Assembly: GCA_050251875.1 (NCBI GenBank)
Contig: JBFWMA010000003.1
Location: 192,001 to 256,000, forward strand
Origin: Deferribacterales bacterium
GTDB lineage: Bacteria; Chrysiogenota; Deferribacteres; Deferribacterales; Geovibrionaceae
Direction of reading: 5' to 3'
Length of the DNA: 64,000 nucleotides
Below, one piece after another: positions 55,632 to 64,000 of the stretch. The notes beneath the pieces are model-generated. The model had not been told where the DNA came from. It did not search any database and saw nothing but the letters and a program-made list of their open reading frames with translations. A program made the translations under genes and the position numbers. The stretch's first letter is position 1; each line of letters starts with the position of its first letter.

Positions 55632-55633
55632 CG

Positions 55634-56401
55634 CTAAAGGCTGAGATATCTCACAGCCAGAAGAATGGCTATCGCCTGCTGTTTGTTGGATACGCCCAGT
55701 TTGTGGAATATTTTTTTGGTGTGGAATTTTACGGTGTTTTCGGAGATAGGCATTATGGTGGCTATCTCCCAGCTTGTCTTGCCGTCCGCTATCCAGTCGG
55801 CGACCTCTTTCTCCCTTTCGCTCAGCGAGCTGACGAGTTTTATCATCTCCAGGCGCTTTCTGATGATGGTGAGATGCGGCGTAAGGATGTTCATGACGAT
55901 CTCTGTGCGTTCATCAACACTGTTCTTTTTATCGGCGAACGAAACAAGGAAAGAGAAATCTTTGGCTTTGGAATCGGAGAATACCGAGAAGCCGTAATTG
56001 AGACCGAAGTGCTTTCTGCGCTCTATTATGTGCAGCTCCTCCGGCGACAGCTCCCTGTCGTATGAATCCCACAGGATGAACATGTTTCTGATGCCCCGCT
56101 CAAGCCGGATCTCCGCCTCCAAGCGCACCGGGTCGTGGTTTATGTAGCCTTTCAGGGCATATTCCGTCATCCAGTCCTTAGGGTTTGAAACGTTGTGCAG
56201 ATTGATTCCGTATCCGTTGCAGTAGGATGTTCTGGTGAAGCAGTAGAGTATATATTTGAATCCGAGAAAATCGGCGATATCGGTCAGAAGCTCTTCAAAC
56301 TCTTGATCTGTGGTGAGCTTTAAACACCTGTTCATGAAAGACAGCGTGGACGTCAGGTATTTTTTGTTCAGAATATTGAGTTCTTCCGGTTTAAACGCCA
56401 T
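55634..56401 (-). CDS. LuxR family regulator with autoinducer-binding domain (solo)
   Basis: W..EY...Y..HDP, W, G in the ligand domain; LSEREKEV...GKTSWEIA...SENTVKFH HTH. Confidence 0.88.
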   Translation of the reverse strand: MAFKPEELNILNKKYLTSTLSFMNRCLKLTTDQEFEELLTDIADFLGFKYILYCFTRTSYCNGYGINLHNVSNPKDWMTEYALKGYINHDPVRLEAEIRLERGIRNMFILWDSYDRELSPEELHIIERRKHFGLNYGFSVFSDSKAKDFSFLVSFADKKNSVDERTEIVMNILTPHLTIIRKRLEMIKLVSSLSEREKEVADWIADGKTSWEIATIMPISENTVKFHTKKIFHKLGVSNKQQAIAILLAVRYLSL

Positions 56402-56472
56402 ATAGATTCCTGTGATTTTTTTAATATCTTACCACAGAGAAAGAACTAAAACTTTACTTATTAAACAAAATT

Positions 56473-57207
56473 TTATCTGAAAATACTTTTATATACGGCG
56501 AACTGTTTAGCGATGCGCCCGCTTCTGCCGCCTCTGTCCATGGCATAGCTCTCCGCCTCTTTCTCCCATCCGTCATAAAGCCCTATTCCCGTTCTTTCCA
56601 GATATGAGCCGACTATCAGCTTATAGTCCTTCGGGTTCAGAGGATAAAAGCCGATGGCGAGCCCGAAACGTGCGAAAAGGGAGGCGTTTTCGTTCACCAC
56701 GTCCCTGTCGTATATGTCGCCGGAGTTGGAAGCTGTTTCGGTTATCATGTGGCGTTTGTTTGATGTCGCCACAAAAACGCAGTTAGCGGGTTTCTCTTCC
56801 AGTCCGCCTTCCAGAACGGATTTGAACATTCTGTAGAGGGTGTCGCCCGTGTCGAAAGATACATCGTCCAGATATATCATAATGTATCTGTTGTTCATCT
56901 TTCTCGCCTGAGCGTAGAGGTCATAGAGGGTGATTATGTCATCGTGGCGGAACTCCACCGCTGTGAGCCCTCTGTCGGCGTATTCTGTCAGGAGCATTTT
57001 GATGATGGCAGATTTGCCCAGTCCCTTTTCTCCCCACAGGAGCATGTTCAGGGCGGGTTTTCCGCTGACAAACGCCTCAATGTTTTTAACCGCCAGATCT
57101 ATCTGTCTGTCTATGGATATCAGATCCTCACGGCGGACAGGCTCTATGTGCTCCACCTGTGTCAGCCCGCCGGCGGACCATCTGTATGCGTGTATATTAT
57201 TTTGCAA
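56473..57207 (-). CDS. DUF815 family ATP-binding protein
   Basis: LLWGEKGLGKS, YLDDVSF, KSVLEGG, ATSNKRH, RFGL, RSGRIAKQF. Confidence 0.85.
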   Translation of the reverse strand: MQNNIHAYRWSAGGLTQVEHIEPVRREDLISIDRQIDLAVKNIEAFVSGKPALNMLLWGEKGLGKSAIIKMLLTEYADRGLTAVEFRHDDIITLYDLYAQARKMNNRYIMIYLDDVSFDTGDTLYRMFKSVLEGGLEEKPANCVFVATSNKRHMITETASNSGDIYDRDVVNENASLFARFGLAIGFYPLNPKDYKLIVGSYLERTGIGLYDGWEKEAESYAMDRGGRSGRIAKQFAVYKSIFR

Positions 57208-58171
57208 GTGCTTTTACCGCCTCTTTCGCGTAGTAGGTTATTATTATATCCGCTCCGGCTCTTTTTATGGATACCAGAGATTCCATCATGGCTCTGTGTC
57301 CGTCCAGCCAGCCCATCTGAGCCGCCGCCATAATCATGGCGTATTCGCCGGAAACATGATAAGCCGCCACGGGACGGTCATAGTTTCTCTTCAGATCGCT
57401 GATGACATCCAGATAAGGCAGGGCGGGTTTCACCATTATGATGTCCGCTCCTTCCATGATGTCCAGCTCGGCTTCTTTCAGCCCTTCTGTTCTGTTTGCG
57501 GGATCCATCTGATAAGTTTTTCTGTCGCCGAACTTGGGCGTGGATTCCGCCGCCTCACGGAAAGGACCGTAAAAAGCGGAGCAGTATTTCACAGAGTAGC
57601 TCATGATGGGCACGTTGGTATATCCGTGTTCATCCAGAGCGTCTCTCATCACTTCCACCCGTCCGTCCATCATGTCGCTGGGGGCGACTATGTCTGCGCC
57701 TGCCTTCACATGGGTCAGGGTCTCCAGAGCGAGATATTTAAGCGTTTCGTCATTGTCCACTTCGCCGTTCTTTATGATTCCGCAGTGACCGTGGTCTGTG
57801 TATTCGCACATGCACACGTCTGTTATCACCAGCAGGTCTTTCACGTTTTCTTTGATGGCTTTCACCGCTTTCTGGATGATGCCGTGCTCGTTATAGGCTT
57901 CTGATCCCATCTCGTCCTTATACGCCGGAATACCAAAGAGTATTACGCCGGGGATTCCCAGCTCTTTTAATTCCTGACATTCTTTGATGATGTTGTCTAT
58001 GGACATCTGAAAAACGCCGGGCATGGACGATACGGGGTTTTTGATGTTCTCCCCTTCGCACACGAAGAGGGGATATATGAAATCGTCAGCGGTGAGAGTC
58101 GTTTCTCTCACCAGTCTGCGCATGGTATCGCTGGTTCTCAGTCTTCTGGGTCTGTCTATGGGAAATGCCAT
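57197..58171 (-). CDS. hemB: Porphobilinogen synthase
   Basis: RPRRLR, DVCMCEYTDHGHCG, APSDMMDGR, MVKPA. Confidence 0.97.
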   Translation of the reverse strand: MAFPIDRPRRLRTSDTMRRLVRETTLTADDFIYPLFVCEGENIKNPVSSMPGVFQMSIDNIIKECQELKELGIPGVILFGIPAYKDEMGSEAYNEHGIIQKAVKAIKENVKDLLVITDVCMCEYTDHGHCGIIKNGEVDNDETLKYLALETLTHVKAGADIVAPSDMMDGRVEVMRDALDEHGYTNVPIMSYSVKYCSAFYGPFREAAESTPKFGDRKTYQMDPANRTEGLKEAELDIMEGADIIMVKPALPYLDVISDLKRNYDRPVAAYHVSGEYAMIMAAAQMGWLDGHRAMMESLVSIKRAGADIIITYYAKEAVKALAK

Positions 58172-58180
58172 TTTAACACC

Positions 58181-58858
58181 TCATAATTGATCTATGATCT
58201 TTATCATTCCCTCCAGGGTATATTCCCCGGGGACGTAACATTCGTATCCGTATTTTTTTATCTCTTCGGCGGTGGTTCTGCCTATCGCCACCAGCGCCCT
58301 GTCTGTGCCGCATGAGTCAAAAAAAGCTCTGACGGCGGAAGGCGAGGCGAAGGTTATAACATCTATGCCGTTCCGGCGGATGAACGAGTCTATCTCTTCA
58401 CGGCTTCTCTTTACCGCTGCCGTCTTATAGATAGTGACAATGTCGGCGGCGCATCCGTTCATTTTCAGCCATGTGTGAAAATCCCCGGCTCTGGTCTCCG
58501 CTCCCGCCAGCAGAATACGTCTGCCACGCAGGTCGATACCGGAAAAGAGCTTTTTCAACCCCTCGGCGGAGTATTCGTCCGGCATCATATCCACAGTGTA
58601 TCCTGCCTCTGTCAGAGCTTCTGACGTGGCGGAACCCACAGCGGCAATTTTTCCGAAGGCGACACTGTCTCTGTACGGCTCGAAGTATTTCACTGCGTTC
58701 AGGCTGGTGAAAACCCCATAGTCATAATGACCGGAGACGTCAGCGTCCACGGGCACACATTCTATCATCGGCAGAGAATAGGGGACGTGTCCCGCTTTTT
58801 TCAGCAGAGCGGCGAATTTCGCCGTTTTGTCCGCTTCTCTGGTTATCAGTACGTTCAT
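58181..58858 (-). CDS. hemD: Uroporphyrinogen-III synthase
   Basis: VLITR, FTSLNAV, AVGSAT, FASPSAV, AIGRTT. Confidence 0.92.
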   Translation of the reverse strand: MNVLITREADKTAKFAALLKKAGHVPYSLPMIECVPVDADVSGHYDYGVFTSLNAVKYFEPYRDSVAFGKIAAVGSATSEALTEAGYTVDMMPDEYSAEGLKKLFSGIDLRGRRILLAGAETRAGDFHTWLKMNGCAADIVTIYKTAAVKRSREEIDSFIRRNGIDVITFASPSAVRAFFDSCGTDRALVAIGRTTAEEIKKYGYECYVPGEYTLEGMIKIIDQL

Positions 58859-59778
58859 GCGTTTTTGTAAATTTCGTCCAGAATAGCTTTTCCGCCGCTG
58901 TTCAGCACCTTTTCAGCGAGCTGAATACCGAGCTGTTCGGCGTCTTTCGCCATTCCTTCGATGGTTTCCGTGATGAAAACGTTTCCTTCGATATCGGATA
59001 CAACGCCCTTCATCACTATCTTGTCCCCGCACAGAACAGAGTGTCCGGCTATGGGAGCCTGACATCCGCCCTCGAGCTTTCTGAGGAAGGCTCGCTCGCA
59101 TTTCACCCGTGTTTCTGTGGGTTCGTGGCGCAGGAAGTCGAGGAGTTTTTTCATATCCCCGTCATTCTCACGGATCTCTATCCCCAGAATACCCTGACAG
59201 CATGCCGGCAGCATGACATCCACATTAAAAGTATCTTTCACTCTGTCATGGAATCCCAGACGGACGAGTCCGGCTTTCGCCAGGATGATGGCGTCATATT
59301 CACCCGCTTCCAGCTTCGCCAGACGGGTGTTCACATTGCCTCTCAGGTCTTTTATCACGAGGTCGGGGCGCACTTTTTTCAGCTGAACCTTTCTGCGCAG
59401 ACTGCTGGTGCCCACAACGGCGCCGTCAGGCAGATCGTCCAAAGTTTTATATTTCACGGAGACGAAGCAGTCATAGGGTGTTTCTCCCTCGGGGCTGGCA
59501 TAAAGAATCAGTCCTTCGGGGAGCTCCATGGGAACGTCTTTCATGCTGTGCACGGCGATGTCGGCTGTGCCGTCCATGAGCGCCTGCTCTATCTCTTTCA
59601 CAAAAAGCCCTTTACCGCCTATCTTCGCCAGCGGCACATCCAGAATCTTGTCGCCTTTGGTTTTGATCACGTTCAGCTCGACTTCCACACCGTGCTCTTT
59701 CATCAGCAGAGCCTTGATGTGTTCTGCCTGCCACAGTGCCAGATTGCTTCCACGGGTTGCGATAGTGACTTTTTTCAT
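58855..59778 (-). CDS. hemC: Hydroxymethylbilane synthase
   Basis: ATRGSNLALWQA, GKGLFVKE, VHSMKD, GTSSLRR, EGGCQ. Confidence 0.97.
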   Translation of the reverse strand: MKKVTIATRGSNLALWQAEHIKALLMKEHGVEVELNVIKTKGDKILDVPLAKIGGKGLFVKEIEQALMDGTADIAVHSMKDVPMELPEGLILYASPEGETPYDCFVSVKYKTLDDLPDGAVVGTSSLRRKVQLKKVRPDLVIKDLRGNVNTRLAKLEAGEYDAIILAKAGLVRLGFHDRVKDTFNVDVMLPACCQGILGIEIRENDGDMKKLLDFLRHEPTETRVKCERAFLRKLEGGCQAPIAGHSVLCGDKIVMKGVVSDIEGNVFITETIEGMAKDAEQLGIQLAEKVLNSGGKAILDEIYKNA

Positions 59779-61046
59779 TTTTCATCCTCGAGTTCAAACA
59801 AAATTTTCAGAGCCTCATCCAGAGAATATTTTCCTTTCACGGCGGACACGTTTTTCAGGTTTTTCAGCGGTGTGTGAAGAACCTTGTTCATGTATGCCGA
59901 CACCAGATATTCCAGCTTGGCCTGCTCCTGTTCGCTGTCTATTTTAAACTTTGCGGAGAATCTCTTCAGCTCCGCGTCCTTTATCTCCTCGAACTGTCCC
60001 CTGAGTGATTTTATCAGAGGAACGATCCTCATGGATTCTATCCACTCATAGAAACCTTCCAGTCCGGTCTCTATGAACTCCATAGCCTTCACAGCCTCTT
60101 TCTCACGCTGTTTGCGGTTGGCGTCCACCACGGCTTTCAGGTCGTCTATGTCGTATACATATACGTTCTCTATCCTGTTTATATCCGGGTCGATGTCTCT
60201 GGGGACGGCTATGTCTATGAAGAACATCGGTTTTTTCTTCCGGTGCGACATGGCGTCTTTCACATCCGCCGCCGTAACCAGAAGCTCTGTGGCGCCTGTG
60301 GAACTTATGATAATGTCGGAGTTTTTCAGCATATCTTTGAAAGCCGAAAACTCCACAGCCTCTCCCGCCACCTCGCAGGCAAGTTTCTGCGCCTTCTCAT
60401 ATGTTCTGTTGGTTACTGTTATTCTGCCTATCCCCGCCGTATGCAGGTGTTTCGCCGCCAGCTCGCACATCTCTCCGGCGCCTATTATCAGGGCGGATTT
60501 ATCCTCCAGCCTGCCGAAGATTTTTGAAGCCAGCTCCACAGCGGCATAGCTGACGGAAACCGGGTTTTCGCCTATGCCTGTGTATGTGCGCACTTTTTTG
60601 GTGGTTTTGATTGTGAACTCTTCCAGCTTTTTCAGAAAAGTTCCCGCCCCGCCGTATGTGCGGCAGTTTTCGAAAGAGTCTTTTACCTGTCCGAATATCT
60701 GGGGCTCTCCCATTACGAGAGAGTCCAGCCCGCAGGCCACCCGGAAAATATGACGGATGGAATCCTCTCCGCAGTGGATATAGGTATATTTTCTGAGCTC
60801 CGTGCGCTCCATTCCGCAGTGTTCGGAGACTATCTCCAGCACGCTCTCTATGTTGCACAGGAAATCGTCTGTGACTATGTAGTATTCCACCCGGTTGCAG
60901 GTGGATATTATCATCGCCTCATAGATACGGTCGTTAGCCATTATCTGAGAGTATATCTGTTCCAGTTCGCTTCCGTCCACGGCGAGACGTTCTCTCACCT
61001 CAACAGGCGCGGTATTATGGTTGAGACCTAAAACTGCAAGCTGCAT
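59775..61046 (-). CDS. hemA: Glutamyl-tRNA reductase
   Basis: GLNHNTAPVEVRE, STCNRVE, GEPQI.GQ, GAGEM, DIAVPRD. Confidence 0.97.
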   Translation of the reverse strand: MQLAVLGLNHNTAPVEVRERLAVDGSELEQIYSQIMANDRIYEAMIISTCNRVEYYIVTDDFLCNIESVLEIVSEHCGMERTELRKYTYIHCGEDSIRHIFRVACGLDSLVMGEPQIFGQVKDSFENCRTYGGAGTFLKKLEEFTIKTTKKVRTYTGIGENPVSVSYAAVELASKIFGRLEDKSALIIGAGEMCELAAKHLHTAGIGRITVTNRTYEKAQKLACEVAGEAVEFSAFKDMLKNSDIIISSTGATELLVTAADVKDAMSHRKKKPMFFIDIAVPRDIDPDINRIENVYVYDIDDLKAVVDANRKQREKEAVKAMEFIETGLEGFYEWIESMRIVPLIKSLRGQFEEIKDAELKRFSAKFKIDSEQEQAKLEYLVSAYMNKVLHTPLKNLKNVSAVKGKYSLDEALKILFELEDEK

Positions 61047-61052
61047 AAATTA

Positions 61053-61844
61053 TTATCCCGCTACAAAAAATGCTACGCCGATGTAGGTGATTATCACAGA
61101 GATAAAACCGACAATGGTGGAAAGAGCAGTGTCCTTGGGGGACATGCCTTTGAGCTGTTTATAAAAAGTGATACTGCTGTAAATAATCCATGTGATGATG
61201 GCGAAGACCAGCTTGGGGCTGAAAACATTTATCCGTCCGCTGGAATACAGCATCCACACCAGCCCCGCCAGAAGCCCGATGGTGAAGGTGTAGAAACCGA
61301 TATAGAGCGTGGTGTTGATAAGCCTGTCTATGGTGTCCAGAGGAGGGAAACGGCGGAAGATCACGCCGAAATTTTTATTCTTAAGCTGGCGTTCCTGAAT
61401 GAAATACATAATGCCGCCGGATGTGGACACCATGAAAAAAGCGGTGCCTATGATGGTGAACGGCAGATGGATATAGAGCCAGAGGCTGGCGGCGTTGGGG
61501 TTGTGCATGGCGCTGAAACCGCCCAGAAGTCTCGCTCCGATGATGAACAGAACGGCGATAGGGAAGATGAACAGCCCTATGGACGGTCTTTTGAATTTAA
61601 AGAAAAGAAGGATATATGCCAGCAGGAGCGCCTGTGACAAAAACAGAAGAAGCCCGCTCATGGAGCCGAAAGGGTTCGCGTGGGCGCTGCTCCACAGAGT
61701 GATGAACTGCGCTGATGAGAATATCAGCCCCAGCACAGCGAACAGGTTTGTTATGGTGACCAGTCTGCCGTAACCCAGAAAGATGTAAAGAGTTATGTGC
61801 AGAAGAGCCAGAACGGAACATAATATGGAAAGGTCAAAGTACAT
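61053..61844 (-). CDS. Cytochrome c assembly/HemX-type membrane protein (CcsA family)
   Basis: About 8 TM segments; WLYIH, QERQLK...PPLDTID; upstream of hemA. Confidence 0.8.
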   Translation of the reverse strand: MYFDLSILCSVLALLHITLYIFLGYGRLVTITNLFAVLGLIFSSAQFITLWSSAHANPFGSMSGLLLFLSQALLLAYILLFFKFKRPSIGLFIFPIAVLFIIGARLLGGFSAMHNPNAASLWLYIHLPFTIIGTAFFMVSTSGGIMYFIQERQLKNKNFGVIFRRFPPLDTIDRLINTTLYIGFYTFTIGLLAGLVWMLYSSGRINVFSPKLVFAIITWIIYSSITFYKQLKGMSPKDTALSTIVGFISVIITYIGVAFFVAG

Positions 61845-61990
61845 CTCTACCCCGTTGTGAACGATTAAGTCAGAAATATATTAAAGTATATATAACCTAA
61901 GCCTTTTTTTGAAGGAAAATTTTGTTAACTTTATTTATCACAAATTATTTTTTGGACAAATTAATCATAATGATATAAATTAACTCTTAA

Positions 61991-62845
61991 ATGCTTGGCG
62001 AACCTATCTCACTCAAACATAAAGAACTGCTGGACAAGAAACTCAAATCCGTAAATATCCCTGTATCCGAATACAGCTTTCAGAATCTTTACCTTTTCAG
62101 AGGCAATCACGACTACCGTGTTTTCGAGTCTGACGGCTTTGTCTTCGTAAAAGGAGTCACATATGACGGCGGAATCTATATCATGCCGGCGTGTGATATC
62201 AGGGAAGTTCCGCTGGAGACACTGAAAAAACTTCAGGCGGAGTGCGATTTCTTCTTTCCCGTGGCAGAGGCGTGGTTGGGTCATTTTGACGGTATGGATG
62301 TGGAATGCACATTCACCGACGGCGACACTGACTATATCTATACCACTGAAAAAATGTCCACCTATCCGGGTAGAAAACTGCACAAAAAACGCAATCTGCT
62401 CAAACAGTTTGTTGAACATTATAAGGCGGATGCCTTTATGATAGACGACAGCAACATGGCGGACGCCAGACTGATTCTGGAAAAATGGCAGGAGAACACC
62501 GGGGCGGCGAAGGACGAAACGGATTATTTTGCCTGCACAGAGGCGCTCGATCTTTATAAAGAGCTGGGTATATGCGGCGGCATATATTACGCAGACGGAC
62601 AGCCGGCGGCTTTCATCCTCGGAGAGGAGCTGACGGACGACACCTATGTAATGCACTTCGCTAAGGGTCTGGTGGAGTTCAAGGGAATCTATCAGTACGT
62701 CTATAACGATTTCGCTAATCTGCTGCCGAAAAAATATCAGTATATTAACTATGAACAGGATCTGGGGAGCATGGCTCTGCGCATTGCCAAGACCAGCTAT
62801 ATTCCCGATGTCCTCGTGAAGAAATACCGTCTGAAATTTATTTGA
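61991..62845 (+). CDS. DUF2156 (aminoacyl-phosphatidylglycerol synthase-like) domain protein
   Basis: SEYSF.NLY, DYIY, GRKLHKKRN, HFAKG, INYEQDLG...LR.AK.SY.P. Confidence 0.82.
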   Translation: MLGEPISLKHKELLDKKLKSVNIPVSEYSFQNLYLFRGNHDYRVFESDGFVFVKGVTYDGGIYIMPACDIREVPLETLKKLQAECDFFFPVAEAWLGHFDGMDVECTFTDGDTDYIYTTEKMSTYPGRKLHKKRNLLKQFVEHYKADAFMIDDSNMADARLILEKWQENTGAAKDETDYFACTEALDLYKELGICGGIYYADGQPAAFILGEELTDDTYVMHFAKGLVEFKGIYQYVYNDFANLLPKKYQYINYEQDLGSMALRIAKTSYIPDVLVKKYRLKFI

Positions 62846-63590
62846 AAAGAAGCAGAACAGCGAAAGCTATAACAGCGACCGACACGAACCTTTTCAGGAA
62901 TTTGTTCCCCGCCTTAACGGAAAAACCGGCAGCCATGACAGCCCCCACAGCCATTCCCGCGCCCAGAGCGATTCCGGGCAGATAGACGACTTTGTCAGCG
63001 TATATGAATATGGCGAGAGACAGTGTGGCGGTCAGCAGGTTGATGAACATCTTCACAGCGTTTCCACGCACATAGTCCAGCCCGTAAAGAACACAGTAAG
63101 CCAGAACCACAAACCCCACGCCAGCCTGTATAAACCCGCCGTAAAGCCCCACGAAGAAATAGACGACAGATGCGGTGACGCCTGATTTCGCTGTGAAAGT
63201 GAAATCGGTGAGCTGTTTATCCGACTGCGGTTTGAAGAATGTGACCAGAGTCATCAGAACCATGAAAAAAGCCAGATATTTTTTAAAGGCGTCCTCAGCG
63301 ACTATGGTGGCGAGATATGCCCCCATCACAGAGCCTATCAGAGACGGGATAACGGACATCAGGCTCATCTTGACAGGGAAATAGCCCATCCTGCGGAATT
63401 TGCCCAGACCGAAGATCGACTGTATCCATATGCCCAGCCTGTTGGTGGCGTTTGCCACTGTGGGCTCCAGTCCGGTGAATATCAGTATCGGTATGGTGAG
63501 AAAAGATCCCCCGCCCGCCAGAGTGTTTAATATCCCGGCGATGAAGCCGGACGCAAAAAGAATTAAAAGCTGTACCCAGATGTTTTCCAT
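62838..63590 (-). CDS. Sulfite exporter TauE/SafE family membrane protein
   Basis: AGILNTLAGGG, ANATN, GLYGGFIQAG; start ATG 63590. Confidence 0.88.
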   Translation of the reverse strand: MENIWVQLLILFASGFIAGILNTLAGGGSFLTIPILIFTGLEPTVANATNRLGIWIQSIFGLGKFRRMGYFPVKMSLMSVIPSLIGSVMGAYLATIVAEDAFKKYLAFFMVLMTLVTFFKPQSDKQLTDFTFTAKSGVTASVVYFFVGLYGGFIQAGVGFVVLAYCVLYGLDYVRGNAVKMFINLLTATLSLAIFIYADKVVYLPGIALGAGMAVGAVMAAGFSVKAGNKFLKRFVSVAVIAFAVLLLFK

Positions 63591-63654
63591 GGCGGCGATT
63601 CTACTCCTAAAACATAGTGTGGGCAAACAGAAAAAAATGATTTATAAGTACTGT

Positions 63655-64000
63655 ATGAGCAAAAAAGAACTGTCCGATAGATTTGAAAAATATCTGGCGG
63701 AAAAATATCCGGAAGCGAAATGTTCTCTGGATTATAAGAACCCTTTTCAGCTTCTCACCGCCACCATCCTATCCGCCCAGTGCACAGACAAACGGGTGAA
63801 TATCGTCACAAAAGAACTCTTTAAGAAATATCCCGCGCCTATGGACATGGCGAACGCCGACTATGACGAAATGTGCGAAGTGATAAAGAGCACGGGGATA
63901 TATAAGAACAAGGCAAAAAGTCTGATAAGCATGGCAAAAGATTTGACGCAGAAACACGGAGGCATAGTGCCGGACAGCCTGAAGGAGCTGACGGCTCTGG
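63655..64000 (+). CDS. nth: Endonuclease III (partial; runs off window end)
   Basis: My translation: MSKKELSDRF...LDYKNPFQLLTATILSAQCTDKRVN...IKSTGIYKNKAKSL. Confidence 0.93.
   Translation, partial: MSKKELSDRFEKYLAEKYPEAKCSLDYKNPFQLLTATILSAQCTDKRVNIVTKELFKKYPAPMDMANADYDEMCEVIKSTGIYKNKAKSLISMAKDLTQKHGGIVPDSLKELTAL

Noticed and set aside
61845..61990. Fnr/Rex site upstream of ccsA-hemA
   Set aside because: The region is AT-rich, and the TTGT…ACAA half-sites have the wrong spacing.

Overview
Mostly core chromosome from a Gram-negative, probably anaerobic bacterium (the gene style suggests Deferribacterota; this is inference). Housekeeping blocks are comF-gpmI-dksA-rlmH-rlmB-tkt, two LPS heptosyltransferases, pheA-hisC-aroF-tyrA-aroA-cmk-ispH-rpsA-sppA, truA-ecfT-tatA-lnt-feoA/fur, ccsA-hemA-hemC-hemD-hemB and a partial nth. 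There is also a Fur-box-controlled TonB/ABC iron-uptake operon and a solo LuxR. I saw no rRNA, tRNA, CRISPR array, transposase or phage gene. Four things stand out. (1) An approximately 1051-codon surface-protein gene (11472-14627) has a GGGGC-TM-RKK sorting signal followed in frame by a second signal peptide and a small outer-membrane beta-barrel, i.e. an apparent self-processing polyprotein, and it is interrupted by one in-frame TAA. (2) A PHO-box-controlled divergent locus pairs olsBA (ornithine lipid) with a PHP-phosphoesterase/GT4 fusion and a radical SAM enzyme, a candidate phosphate-starvation membrane-remodelling system. (3) Two structured intergenic regions may be sRNAs or mobile palindromic elements. 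(4) There is a tandem pair of 77-aa paralogues of unknown function.
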